From assembly GCA_030390025.1 (NCBI GenBank), contig CM059443.1, forward strand, positions 65,968,001-66,032,000: a DNA stretch of 64,000 nucleotides, written 5' to 3'. This DNA is from Squalus acanthias. Its lineage: Eukaryota. This document shows positions 1 through 13,457 of the stretch, one piece after another. The position numbers and the translations under genes are program-made. The notes beneath the pieces are model-generated. The model made no database searches. It was not told the DNA's origin and saw only the letters and a list, made by a program, of their open reading frames with translations. Each line of letters starts with the position of its first letter. Position 1 is the first letter of the stretch.

Positions 1-776
1 AATATTTGGCAAATAAACTGAAGTAATATGTAATGACAGTGGTTCCCATAATATGGGCTCAGGAGCTGTTTGAGGGCTACATCTTGGTCACTTGTGGCCT
101 TAGCAGAGTTGCTGCTCACTGTGTCACTAGGCGTCTAATCATGCTATGCCTGGCTGTGAATGTTAATTGAGCTGGGATTCAGCGCTGCGCTCTCTCCTTT
201 TTCCTGGTGACCAAGCAAAAAAAAGGCAAGGGAATGTTATTAAGAGGCAAAGGTGTCTTCGTTTCCATATGACAGCCACCTAGGGATCACCTACGCAATA
301 CCAAAGTTGAAATTCACCACAAAAATGTGTTGCCTTGGCCATCTGGAACACATCTCCCCTCTGATTAGACTGCAGGAGCTAAATGCAGATCAACCTACCA
401 CAACCAGCGCATCCAGACAACAGATGCATACTCACCACTGCCAGAAACCCCAGGTAATGTTTTAAAGAAGATTTGAAGGGGATAATTTTCCAAGTATGCA
501 GGAGTGGCAAGGAACCTTGTTTGCTACCAGCTACTGGCAGAAACCGTGGACACAACAGAGACTCAAGAAGTTAGAGGTTTTTTCACCAGAGCTTTGAAGG
601 TTAAGATAGAGGACTTCCAAGATTTTGAAGGGTTCTGATGAGGTAAATAGCAAGAGATTTTTGGCACCGGTTAATAAGACAGTAACAAAGATTCCTCCTA
701 TACCAAAAAAGACTTCACTTGGACAGAGAATAGGACTTGTGCCATCATGAAGATTGAGTGAAAGTTGCCCTTTGTA

Positions 777-1128
777 CAGGAAACTCTTGTTTAACCGGCA
801 CCTAAATATCCGGAATTCTCTCTTAACCGGCAAAAATCATCCTCCGAAAACTCCTCTCAAATAACCGGCAATGTTGCCGAGTCCGAGCCCGCGAACGCCG
901 AGTTAGTCAGTGGGGGTAGTATTGTACTTAATCAAGCATCTTCCACCATCCATTTAACACAACATTCTGTAGGTGAGTACCCAAATACTGTATACTGCAC
1001 ATTTCTTGATTTTTTTATTTTTCTTTGTTAAAAATAGCCTCGGTAGATATAACTCTCCGTTATCCGGAACTTTTGATCAACCGGCACCACCCCGGTCCCA
1101 TCGGAGCCGGATACCAAAGAGTTTCCTG
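777..1128. mobile_element. Tc1/mariner (Tigger/pogo-like) MITE
   Basis: TA at 775-776 and 1129-1130; imperfect 23-bp TIRs CAGGAAACTCTT(N6)CCGGC; internal repeats AACCGGCA and ATCCGGAA. Confidence 0.8.
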
Positions 1129-1446
1129 TACTTGGAATGATGTTCAGCACAGTGATGTTAAACAATCTGCAGTATTTGCAGTGCACATTTTCAAAAGGTT
1201 TTAATAAAAAAGATAAACTCATTAAAAATTAACCTTCATCAGCTTAACTTTGAAATGCAAACAAAATACTTCTGGTGTTTGTCTTTAATCAATAGGGTCA
1301 GTGGGTCTCTGGCTGCCTTCAGCATGATACAAAAAGCATGAGGAAGTGAGTTTAGATCATGAAGGATTTGTTTAGGAAAAAAGCTTCAAGGGAAGAATGA
1401 ATAAGGACTCACTGAACAATATTTTTGCTGCTCTGGTTTAGAGTGA

Positions 1447-1860
1447 AAACAAGAATTTGCATTTATATAGCAACTTGCCACTTCCTCATCGTGTCTCAAC
1501 GTGCTCGACAAACCAACTAATTTTTTTTGGTTCTGTCACTGTAATGCGGAAAATTTCTGTCTAGCAAGATCCCGAATCCAGCGTTGAGATGAATGCCAGT
1601 TAATCTGTTATTTTGCTGGTGTTGGTTAACAGTAGATACGCTTTCTGCTTCTCTTCAAGTAGTGCCACGGGTTCTTTAAATGTCCACCCAAAGGGGTGGA
1701 TTGGCCCGGGGTTTTTAACTCAACTCCAACAATGCAGCACTCCCTCAGTATCGTACCGGAGTGTCAGCTTAGATTAGGTGCTCAAGTCCTATAGTGGGCT
1801 TGAACCCATGACGTTCTGACTCGAGAGAGAGGGCGCTACCAACTGAGCCAAGCAGACACT
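1447..1860 (-). mobile_element. Deu-domain tRNA SINE (SacSINE1-like), diverged
   Basis: L2-type tail ttgcatttatatagca; Deu core gtgccacggg...tccacc...gcagcactccctcagta; reverse tRNA head ttgaaccc...ctgagcca. Confidence 0.75.
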
Positions 1861-1954
1861 TAGAAAATCATCTGGCGTCAGCTGCACTTGCAAACATAAA
1901 CAAGCTTACAATTGCTGTTGCCATGGAATCAGAGGCCCTAACTTTCTGACAGGT

Positions 1955-4333
1955 CTTTTTAAAAATTCATTCATGGGATGTGGATGTTGCCGGCAAGGCC
2001 AGCATTTATTGCCCATCCCTAATTGCCTAGAGAAGGTGGTGGTGAGCCGCTTTCTTGAACCGCTGCAGTCAGTGTGGTGAAGGTGCTCCCACAGTGCTGT
2101 TAGGGAGGGAGTTCCAGGATTTTGACCCAGCGACAATGAAGGAACGGCCGATATATGTCCAAGTCAGGATGGTGTGTGACTTGGAGGGGAACTTGCAGGT
2201 GGTGGTGTTACCATATGTCTGCTGCCCTTGTCCTTCTAGGTGGTAGAGGTCACGGGTTTGGGAGGTGTTGTCAAAGAAGCCTTAGCGAGTTGCTGCAGTG
2301 CATCTTGTAGATGGTACACACTGCAGCCACGGTACGCCATGGTGGAAGGAGTGCAAATCAAGTAAGCTACTTTGTCCTGGATGGTGTCGAGTGTTGTTGG
2401 AGCTGCACTCACCCAGGTAAGTGGCGAGTATTCCATCACACTCCTGACTTGTGCCTTATAGATGATGGAAAGGCTCTGGGGAGTCAGGTGAGTCACTCAC
2501 CACAGAACACCCAGCCTCTGACCTGCTCTTGTAGCCACAGTATTTATTTGGCTGGTCCAGTTAAGTTTCTGGTTAATAGTGACCCCCAGGATGTTGATGG
2601 TGGGGGAATTCAGCGATGGTAATCCTGTTGAATGTGAAGGGGAGGTGGCTAGACTCACTCTTGCTGGAGATAGTCATTGCCTGGCACTAGTGTGGCGTGA
2701 ATGTTACCTGCCACTTGTTCAGGTCTTGCTGCATGGACTGCTTCATTATCGGAGGAGTTGCGAATGGAACTGAACATTGTGCAATCATCAGCGAACATCC
2801 CCACTTCTGACCTTATGATGGAGAGAATGTCATTGATGAAGCAGCTGAAGATGGTTGGGCCTAGGACACTAACCTGAGGAACTCCTGCAGCGATGTCCTG
2901 GGGCTGAGATGATTAGCCTCCAAAAACTACAACCATCCTTGTGCTAGGTGTGACTCCAGCCAATGAAGAGTTTTCCCCAATTCCCATTTTACTAGAGCTC
3001 CTTGATGCCACACTCGGTCAAATGCTGCCTTGATGTCAAGGGCAGTCACTCTCACCTCACCTCACCAATTCAGCTCTTTTGTCCATGTTTGGACCAAGGC
3101 TGTAATGAGGTCAGGAGCCGATTAGTCCTGGCGGAACTCAAACTGAGCATTGGTGAGTAGGTTATTGGTGATTAAGTGCCACTTAATAGCACTGTCAATG
3201 ACACCTTCCAACACTTTGCTGATGATTGAAAGGAGGCTGATGGGGCAGTAATTGGCCGGATTAGGTTTGTCCTTTGTGGACAGGACATACCTGGGCAATT
3301 TCCACTTTGTCGGGTAGATGCCAATGTTGTAGCTGTACTGGAACAACTTGGCTAGAGGTGTGGCTAGTTCTGGAGCACAAGTCTTCAGCACTACAGCTGA
3401 GATGTTGTTTGGCCCCATAGCCTTTGCTGTATCCAATGCACTCAGCCATTTCTTGATATCTCAGAGTGAATCGAATTGGCTGAAGACTGGCTTCTGTGAT
3501 GGTTGGAACCTCAGGAGAAGGCCAAGATGGATCATCCACTCGGCACTTCTGGCTGAAGATGGTTGCAAATGCTTCAGCCTTATCTTTTGCATCACATGCT
3601 GGGCTCCATCATCATTGAGGATGGGGATGTTATGGTGCTCCTCCTCTCGTTAGTTGTGTAATTGTCCACCACCACTGGATGTGGCAGAACTTTGATCTGA
3701 TCCGTTGGTTGTGGGATCGCTTAGCCCTGTCTATAGCATGCTGCTTCTGCTGTTCAGCATGCATGTAGTCCGGTGTTGTAGCTTCACCAGGTTGCCACCT
3801 CATTTTTAAGTACGCCTAGTGCTGCTCCTGGCATGCTCTTCTGCATTCCTCATTGAACCAGGGTTGGCTAGCAATGGTAGAGTGAGGGATATGCCGGGCC
3901 ATGAGATTACAGATTGCGGTGGTATACAATTCTGCTGCTACTGATGGTCCATAACGCCTCATGGATGCCCAGTTTTGAGCTGCTAGAACTGTTCTGAATC
4001 TATCCTATTTAGCATGATGGTAGTGCCACACAACACGATGGAGGGAGTCCTCAGTGTGAGGATGGGACTCCGTCTTCACAATGACTGTGCGGTGGTCACT
4101 CCTACCAATACGGTCATGGACAGATGCATCTGCGACAGGTAAATTGGTGAGGACGAGGTCAAGTAGGTTTTCCCCTCGTGTTGGTGTTCTCACCATCTGT
4201 CACAGGCCCAGTCTGGCAGCTTTGTTCTTCAGTACTCGGCCAGCTGTGGTGCTACCGAGCCACTCTTGTGATGGACATTGAAGTCCCTCACCCAGAGTAC
4301 ATTCTGTGCCCTTGCTACCCTCAGTGCTTCTTC
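1955..4333 (-). mobile_element. Decayed non-LTR retrotransposon (CR1-like LINE): endonuclease end, RT and 3' tail
   Basis: Frameshifted ORF2 pieces (3122..3436 KAMGPNNISAVVLKTCAPELATPLAKLF...PISLLSIISKV; 4005..4196 PTRGENLLDLVLTN..SDH; 2236..2496); 3' tail ggcaataaatgctggccttgcc...catgaatgaa. Confidence 0.9.
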
Positions 4334-4729
4334 CATATCTAGCATTTTAAGAGGTTAGCTAGGTGGTTAAAAGAAAGAGGAATTAAGGGAAATGGGGAAC
4401 AGAGCAGTCACATGGCACACTACTGCGGAGATCAATCACCAACACTGGCTGGTTCGGCTTGTTTTGTTGTAATTTCTATGTAATTTTGAAGGTTACCAGC
4501 TGCCCCTGGAGCTGAAATCGAAGTGGGATTCCTTACGCTTTTATCGGCCCTGGAGAACAGCTATGCTCAAAGAAACCTCCAACATCTATCTGCTGCTCTT
4601 CCCATTTACTTCAGGTAACACTGCTTGTGTTGGAAACCGCAGATCCACAATTTGCATCCTTGCCAGCTAGGAAATCTAGCTCCGTGGTTCTACTTCTAAA
4701 CAGGGAGCCGACTGCAGCTCAAGACCCAT

Positions 4730-5265
4730 AGACCCACCAGAAGTGGCGGCACAGTGGTATACAGTCTGAAAGGGGTGGCCATGGGAGTCCTCAACATTGA
4801 CTCTGGACGGACCCCATGAAGTCTCATGGCATCAGATCAAACATGGGCAAGGAAACCACCTGCTGATAACCACCTACCGCACTCCTTCAGCTGATGAATC
4901 AGTAACTCCTCCATGTTGAACACCACTTAGAAGAAGCACTGAGGGTAGCAAGGGCACAGAATGTACTCAGTGAGGGACTTCAATGTCCATCACAAAGAGT
5001 GGCTCGGTAGCACCACAGCTGGCCGAGTACTGAAGGACAAAGCTGCCAGACTAGGCCTGTGACAGATGGTGAGAGAACCAACACGAGGGAAAAACCTACT
5101 TGACCTCGTCCTCACCAATTTACCTGTCGCAGATGCATCTGTCCATGACCGTATTGGTAGGAGTGACCACCACACAGTCAGTGAAGACGGAGTCCCATCC
5201 TCACACTGAGGACTCCCTCCATCATGTTGTGTGGCACTACCATCATGCTAAATAGGATAGATTCA
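4730..5265 (+). mobile_element. Inverted segment of the same CR1-like LINE (endonuclease region)
   Basis: 4930-5265 is the reverse complement of 3995-4333; 4730-4929 continues further 5' into the endonuclease region. Confidence 0.88.
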
Positions 5266-6380
5266 ACAACTTGTATTTATAAAGCACCTTTAACGTAGTA
5301 AAACGTCCCAAGGCGCTTCACAGGAACGCCAATAAATTTGACACCGAGCCACATAAGGAGACATATGGGCAGATGACCAAAAGCTTGGTCAAAGAGGTAA
5401 GTTTTAAAGGAGCATCTTAAAAGAAAAGACTTGCATTTATATAGCACTTTTCACGACCTCAGGATATCCCAAAGCGCTTTACAGTCAAATAAGTACTTTT
5501 GAAGTGTTTAGTTAGAAGCCGATTAACTGTTGTTGGATATAGCTGCAGCCAGATCACATGTTGAGGTAGCGAGGTGGAGGTGTTTAGGGAGGGAATTCCA
5601 GAGTTTAGGGCCTCGGCAGCTGAAGGCACGGCCGCCAATGGTAGAGTGATTAAAAATCAGGGATACGCAAGAGACCAGAACTGGAGGAGCGCAGATATCC
5701 GAGTTGTAGGGTTGGAGGAGGTTACAGAGATAGGGAGGGCTGAGGTCATGGAGGGATTTGAAAACAAGGATGAGAATTTAAAAAAAAGAGGCTTTGCCAG
5801 ACTGGGAGCCAATGTAGGCCAGCGAGTACAGGGGTGATGGGTGAACGGGACTTGGTGCGAGTTAGGATATGGGCAGCAGAGTTTTGGATGAGCTTAAGAT
5901 TCTGGAGGGTAGAAGATGGGAGGCCGGCCAGGAGTGCATTGGAAGTCAAGTCTAGAGGTAACAAAGGCACAGCTGAGGGTTTTAGCAGCAGATGAGCTGA
6001 GGCAGGGACGGAGTCGGGTGATGTTATGGAGGTGGAAATAGGCGGTGTTAATGATGGCCGGAAGCTCATCTCAGGGTCAAATAAGACATCAAGGTTGCGA
6101 ACAGTTTAGTTCTGCCTCCGACAGTTGCAAGGGAGAGGGATGGAGTCGGTGGCGGGGACCGAAGACAATGGCTTCGGTCTTCTGAATATTTAGTTGGAGG
6201 AAATTTCTGCTTACCTAGTACTGGATGTCGGACAAGCAGTCTGACAATTTAGTGAAAGTGGAGGGGTCGAGAGAGGTGGTGGTAAGGTAGAGTTGAGTGT
6301 TGTCAGCATACATGCGGACGTTCTCTTTTCGGATGATGTTGCCGAGTGGAAGCATGTAGATGAGAAATAGGAGGAGGCCG
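5266..6380 (-). mobile_element. L2-clade LINE 3' fragment, with a SINE/L2 tail piece inserted at about 5422-5510
   Basis: ORF 5746..6069 NALLAGLPSSTLQNLKLIQNSAAHILTRTKSRSPITPVLAGLHWLPV is typical of the L2 ORF2 C-terminus; tail acttgtatttataaagcacctt. Confidence 0.85.
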
Positions 6381-6659
6381 AGCGGCACTGTAACAGATAG
6401 AGGGGCTTATATTCCTAGAGGCGCAAAGAACACCTCAATTTCACTCCCTGCTCCCAGAGCAAAATGCACTTACAGTAAATGCACTTACAGTAAATAGCTG
6501 CAGCTAGTGCCAATTCCTTCTGTCTGTAGGCTGATTTAATCCACCTATACACAACATTGCACTTTTAAACATATCTGGTGACGAGGGTCTTGTATATCCT
6601 ATTCCCAATTCACAAAGTACAAGAAATTTCAATGTACAGCATAATACCATTTTACTTTT

Positions 6660-6975
6660 TTTTTGAGTGAGATGTTAAACCAAGGCCCCTGCTGCCTATT
6701 CAGGTGGATATTAAAGACCCCATGGCACATTTTCCAAATGGTAGGGAGTTCTACCAGTCTCCTGACCAACATTCCTTCCTCAATCCACATCACCAAAACA
6801 GTAACTGGTAATTCACCCCATTTGCTATTTGTGGGATCTTGCGGTGCACAACTGGCGGCCGCATTTGCCGACAAAACGTGTGATTGCACTTCAAAAGTGA
6901 TTCAGTAGCTGTGAAGCCCTTTGAGATTTCCCAAGGATGCGAAAGGGGTTACATAAATGCAAATTCCCTTCCTTT
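6660..6975 (+). mobile_element. Deu-SINE fragment (SacSINE1-like)
   Basis: gagatgttaaaccaaggcccc...ggtggatattaaagaccccatggcac core and taaatgcaaa tail. Confidence 0.7.
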
Positions 6976-9454
6976 TTCTTCAGTAGAACTACAAAATGCC
7001 TGTGACTTGAACCAGTGTTTCAATTTTAGTATCTTTCAGATTGAAATGCTAACGGCACAGTAGCCACCCATCTAGCAGCTGAAAGATTCAGTAATAATGA
7101 CATTATCACAGCAAAATATCAGCAACATCCTACAAAATGGCAATGCGATAAACGGTCAGCTTTTTCCTACTTAATATGGTGGGAGGAATGTTGGCTAGGG
7201 TAGAATTGCAATTGGCTGCCAAGAAACCAGTTCAACAAAATAATTAAAGCAAAGAGCAGCACTTTAAATACGGAATTCAGCAACAGTGACACACAGAGGT
7301 GAAAGCACATCATTACATACCTCCACCAGAACTAGTTTTGTGACAACCTTGTATTGGGCCTCTCCAAGTTTTTGTCACTACTTAGGAAGTGTGTCGGCAG
7401 GATATTCCATGGGTTGCTATTGTTGCACGTGCCATGATATTTCAGGGACCATACTGAAAGTTTAAATCCATATTCCCATTAATCTGCAGATATCTTGAGT
7501 TCCAGATACCAACAAATCTTGCTCAGATTTAGAATTTATCCACTAATGAAATAACAGCACTCAAAACAACCCTTTCCAAACCTCCAGGCTCGTGAAATTC
7601 AAGAATGGGGTAAACAAGAAATATAAGCACGCATAGGATTGATGTGCCTGGGCTTCAAGGGCTATATTCCCAGGATAGAGGCCACAGGTTGAACATCTGT
7701 GCTCTTTATTACTGGATAGGAACCAGCCAGTCCACAGGTCAAATGATAGAAATGTAAGCACAGGAGGTCATTCAGCCCACCCTGTCTACACAGTGCTAGT
7801 TCCTCCCCCAAAGAGCTATCTACTTTATTCCTACTTTATTCTGTCAAGCATTTTTCCAAGTTCCTCAAAGATCATGCTGGCACGTGGCTCCACGTGGACT
7901 GGGACACGTGATAATTCGGCCAATCTTCCCTCGACCCCAGTAAATGTGTCGGCAGGGTGCAGCACGAGCTGTTAGAAAGAAAAGCACAGCTTTTAAATAA
8001 TTACTCAGTCAGCAGCCATCCACCTTCAGATGGAGCTGAATATCTCAACAATTCTGGCACTGCACTTTCACTCCTGAGGAGGAAAAAATATATATAATTA
8101 CTCATCTTCCAAGTTACATGACCAATATTTGGTCTACAACCAGTCATTGGGGTTAGGACAGTAAAATGAAATGATGTAGATGATCAGCTATGATCTTACT
8201 GAATGGCGGAGCAGGCTCAAGGGGCCATATGGCCTATTCCAGCTCCTATTTCTTATGTTCTTCTCAATAGTGAGATACATATGTTAAATGAAGAGGCCAT
8301 GTGTTCATATAAATTACCAGCGATAGCTATTTAAGCAGACAGTATAAATGGGTTCAAGAACCAAGTTAAATTAGTTCTGTAGATAAAAGGGATATAGTGA
8401 GAAGGATTGGTTGTTGGCTTTCTGCTGTTCTCAAAATGCTTTTGTATGACTGTACTATAGTTTCAGCAAGCAATTATTTACAGGAACAGGAGTAGGCCAT
8501 TCAGCCCATCAAGCCTGTTCCACCATTTGATTAGATCATGGCTATTCTGTACCTCAACTCCATTTACCCACCCTTTCACAATATCAGCCTGCTCGCCTCA
8601 CCCAATGAAAAAAGTTAGCAGTGAGATTTGCTCAGAAACCTGCCCTTTCTCTACCTCTGGTACTTTTCAAACAAAATTTTAAACTCAGTAAATCACATTA
8701 TACCCCATGGAGACTAAACAGATAAAAGGATCTTCCAGGCAAAACTCCAAATAATCACAAATATAGAACAGAGTATATTTAATAAGTTGGCTGTCTACCT
8801 CACTCTCTTCACAGAGCCTTCTAGGTTTTGCCTTATATAATCAACACACTATGCTCCAAGGAATCACAACGCCACCATCCCACAGCCCAACCCCTCAAGA
8901 TCGGTGCAATGCGGCAACACAGGAGCTCCCGCTACACCAGTTATCTCGACTGAGCTGTAGTGCAGTTGTAACTGCAACTTTCATTGCAAAGCACCGACTT
9001 AAAAAATACAGGTCAATCATCTGCAAAAAGACTTAAAACATCATCTTCCTGAAAAGTTTTGACTTTCGTCACATAGGTTAGAGAGAAAGAAAATACAACA
9101 TCGTTTTGCTTTGAAACAGTCTTTAATTTCTTTAAGTAGATCTATGACAATATTTCCACATCCATTAAATAATAATGAGTAATTTGTTTTAAGCCATTTT
9201 TATATTACAAGAAAATTACTGTGCACTATATAATATTGTACAAAAATATGTCTGTTCACTTATCTTAGTAAATCATCCACAATATCAGCATTATAGCAAT
9301 AGGACTTCACATCACAGCAAGCAGCCAGCATCTCTTGTGATTTAGTGCATTGCACTGTGGAATAAGACTGCAACTGAGTTTATGTAGCCCTTTCAATTTA
9401 ATGTTTGTGAATGGTTTTGGGTGCTGCACATTTCTCTCCTCCGCCCGCCCCTCT

Positions 9455-9885
9455 CCTCGACCACCTTCTCCCTAATTTTCTCCCCATCTCTCCCAAAGGC
9501 TTGACTCACTAGGGAACGTTTCCATGGGTGCTAGCTGCTCTCCAGTCTTTTGACAAATGTCTTCAGGTGCAAGCTTAGGCAAAGTGTGTTGATAGGCTAT
9601 TTGACAACAGCAGGCATCACAATATAAGCTTGATGCACTCCTAAATCGTCATCCACACGTGCATTTTGCAACAGAAGTCACTGGATAGCAACTGACGCAG
9701 GAACTCTGATTTCCACTCCTAATTTCACCACCCCCCAACCTCATGGGCACGAAGGCCAACTGTAGTTCCACCTTGCCTGGAATTAGCTGACTCAGCACAG
9801 ACTGAGAATCAAACATAGGACCTCCTGGTCTGTATGGCTCATTGCTACCCTGCAGAATGCTTTTCCCCACCAAGCCCTTGGGAGA
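9455..9885 (-). mobile_element. Ancient tRNA-headed SINE, family B (AmnSINE2-like)
   Basis: Reverse head gagccatacagaccaggaggtcc..tttgatt..gtctgtgctgagtcagct; body tatccagtgac; shared with many other copies in the window. Confidence 0.65.
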
Positions 9886-11614
9886 ATCTCTTAAGTAGCA
9901 TTTCAATTAAAGATTTGACTTTGTGAATGGTTTCTGGGCACTACAGTTAATGCATAAGACAAGATTTGGAATGATAAAATACATTAGTGCAATGCAGCTA
10001 CACATTATAATGAGAGGGAAGAAGGGGAAGAGGAGATCATCATAACCCACTGAAGTGTCGTCATTTATTGTGAACTACAACTACACTTAATCTCAAAATG
10101 TGCAAACACTTCTGCAACTTTGTTTTTACCGAGTTAGAACAAAACTCAATCGTGACTGATCGATCACCGGGAATGCATGAAACTAATGACTACCAGCACA
10201 TTGCCAACAAATCAATGAGCGCACCCCTGGTACTCTGGGGTAACTACGACTATTCATTTAGAGTTTTTGCACAGTAAACTGTCACCATTAAGAGTTGTGC
10301 AAAAGGATCAAAATGACCAGATTGATGTCTTCATCCTCAATTTTATTTGTACGATAGTGTGCTAATAATTTCTTCAAAAAAACACCCAGAACAGTATTAA
10401 GCTATTTTACCAGCTATTTCCCCCACCCTTGTAAAAAAAAATAATAATTTTGGTTTGTGTTTTAACACAGTGGGGGTAGGAACACCAAATGCTGGAACAA
10501 ATACCACAGAATAGTGCTGATTTGTGGGGTAAACCATCCAGGGTTCAGCAAAAAAAAAGTCAGTCTAAAGTGCGTTGACAAACGTGGGAACTTGGAGCGA
10601 TTCAACATTCAACAGTGAAAAGGTGTTTTGGGAATGGACGAACGAATCATAGAGTCTAAATTAGTCACTTTTAATGGTGCAACAGGCAAGATTATCCCCT
10701 CCTTTCTCAGTCCAGAGCACAACATATTATTTGTAAAATGGTCGTGCTTTACAGGAAAGAGAAACACGGCACCAAACCAAGCGATCAGGTGCAGCACAGG
10801 TAGGAATGGAACTTGGGTATCGAGACTTGTACAAGGATTCGAGGATCCCCCGTACAAGAGCAGACTGCTACAACGCAACACCATTTTAAGTATAGCTCTG
10901 CGTCCCCTTCCCTCCACCCCCCATTCCCGAGTATCCCACAATGCACTGCAAAAACATAATAGCGTAGGCAGTCATTTCCTCGCCTCATCCAACAAAGCAC
11001 CGGGACAATCAACTCAGCTCAGGATTCCCCTGATGGACGCATACATACTGCTCAATTCCTTTACACATTAAGAGGTTGCATATTATCAAATCATGGTTTA
11101 TAATAATATATATATTACAATTATTTACAATTACTTTTCATGAATTCATTGATTGACAATCATATACCTGCCCCCACCCCAAGGCCCACAATCATATTGC
11201 TTTATTAAAATAAAAGTCACATGGTGCCATCACTTTACACAAGTTCGAAGAAGCCACACTGAACCAGCACTGCTTAACAATTGGGATTTCAGTAATGCTT
11301 TTGCACCACTGTTTTAGTGCTCGAGATTCACAATAATAGAAGGGAAGAGAATATTGTGCATATTAAAATAGTGCAAAGTCAATAGTTAACACAATCATGA
11401 CTTATGTTAGCAAGGTTGTTACACTACACACGACATCCTCAGGGGTATAGAGACTAGACCATAACTTCCATACCCAGGCCCGATTGACTTTGATTGATAG
11501 GGAAAATTCTAATCATTTCATCTGAAAACTTTAAATATTTAAAACCCCCAACTGCTCAATATGGTTTGCACAGTGTCAAAGTGGTGACTTTTTTTTCCCC
11601 ACCATTGTAATTTT

Positions 11615-11900
11615 TCTCCCCTCATCTCCTGAATGTGTCAATTTTTAATGAGGTATGATTCTACGAAGGTTGGTTCATCCTGTTATACCTCACCTAGGTG
11701 GCCCTTCTCCATATGAAAGCCTAGTGAAAGTCAGCAGGTTATTCAACTGTAGTGAGCATTACAGGTAAGTCCAGACCCATCCTTACTGGACACCCCCACA
11801 TGTGCTCTTTCTAGCAGGGGTCACTGGATAACAATCAGGAGCAGGGACCACGGCAGACTTTGCAACTTCCCTAATGCAGGGGTACCGAGGCCAATCAAAA
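11615..11900 (-). mobile_element. Family B SINE fragment
   Basis: tctcctgaa...tacctcacctaggtggcc...ggggtcactggata..atcaggagcaggga. Confidence 0.6.
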
Positions 11901-13457
11901 AGAATGTTATAATCAAGGACAGGGCTTCTATCACACAGTTCATGGGTAATGGTAATTTCAAATGAGGTCCAACAGAATCTCTCTCTCCATTTCACATGGC
12001 TTGTTAGAACTTTGTGCAAGGCTGTGATACAAGCACAATGCTTCACTGAAGACATCACTCCCATTTAGGAAGTTATCCTGCAGAACAAAATTAAATTCCC
12101 CCAACATGCACCACTGTATACTTCTACATCCTGTTTTAAAAAGAGTATTTTCAACTTTTAAAATTCACCCAAATTCTACCTATCCACTGGCAAGATGATA
12201 TTCTGCTTTCAATTTTGGCTGAAGCCAACAATTCATTCCACCCTACCACTCCCGGGCCCCCCAATCTCTACACTTGACAAGTTTGAAATCAGTCTCCTGC
12301 CCTATTAATTCAGGTGAAACCAGTAACTCAACATTTACACTGTTATAACTCAACATGAGTAATATGAAGTTGCGTGAAGGCATCATTTTCCCACTAGGAT
12401 TTTGGTGAAGTGCAACAGCAAGTGTGAGAAATGTTGATATATGTCCACTTGAACCGTGAGGAAAAAAGCCCACCTACCTGTGCGTTAAACATAGATTTTG
12501 TCCTTCTAGACTTGGGTGTTCTAGGGAGAGCATTTCTGCAACACTAGGATGAAGTACTAAAGGGAACAAGTTTGCCACTGTCTGGGCAAGTGGTGGGAGC
12601 AATCTGAGGTGATGAGTATGGCACAGCACTGATGTGCTGGTTTAAGTTTGATTTTTTTCTGTAGTGTATTAGTGCCATTATGCTAAATAAGCCTAGTGAC
12701 AAACCAATTGGGAATAAAAAGGATCAGTAGCCCACTTCCAAATATAGAGCAAATGGATCGTTTGATGGGGTACGGAAATACACATCTATAGCAGATCCAA
12801 CAAAGTTTTGTGAGTAAGGTTATTCTCTGACCAACCTTGGAGCTTTTCTTTCAAATGTTGAATGCTTAACATTTTTATCCATAATTGCTGATGCATTATA
12901 AAACCAAGAATAATGCAATTTTATAATACTATTCTTCTGAGACAGTTGCCTTGCTTCATTCCAGGAAATCTTGATGTAATCAGTGAATCGCCCTGAGAGG
13001 GATCCAATGGTCTGAAGGTTTTTTTTGCCCCAAAGTCCTGAACCCCCGTTTCAGTTTAATACCCCCACTTGGGGAAAAAAAAGACATTCCCCCACCCCAA
13101 TGATGTTTTGTGCTCATTGTATTTTCTTACAGACAGACATACAGCAGAGAAGATAAACATTTTTCACAGCTAATAGCCATAAATTTCAGCACAGCAGATT
13201 ATCTTGGGTCAGGAGGCACGAATGGTAAAAGGGGAAAAAATAAAATTGAAGTGACTAAGGAGGTAGCCACACTGGCCAGAGGGTGGAAACTATAAAACAG
13301 TTCAGAACAGACCCTGTCCAAGGTTTGGTTTTGTGACTCTGTTTGTGTCCAGATTCCTGCAGCAGCAGGCATGCTCCTGTCAATTTCATGTTCATAATGG
13401 GGAGGAATGTTGGTGCTCGGAAATGGAATACTTTCCATTTTAGATGGTCTTTGTCAG

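Noticed and set aside
253-465. Possible + strand exon ending at CCCAG|GTAATG (about 452)
   Set aside because: No recognisable protein similarity and no partner exons.
6462-6495. 15-bp tandem duplication aaatgcacttacagt
   Set aside because: Ordinary slippage duplication with no sign of function.
10609-11071. Overlapping 110- and 147-aa ORFs
   Set aside because: No domain similarity; they lie in the probable 3' UTR and are consistent with chance ORFs.
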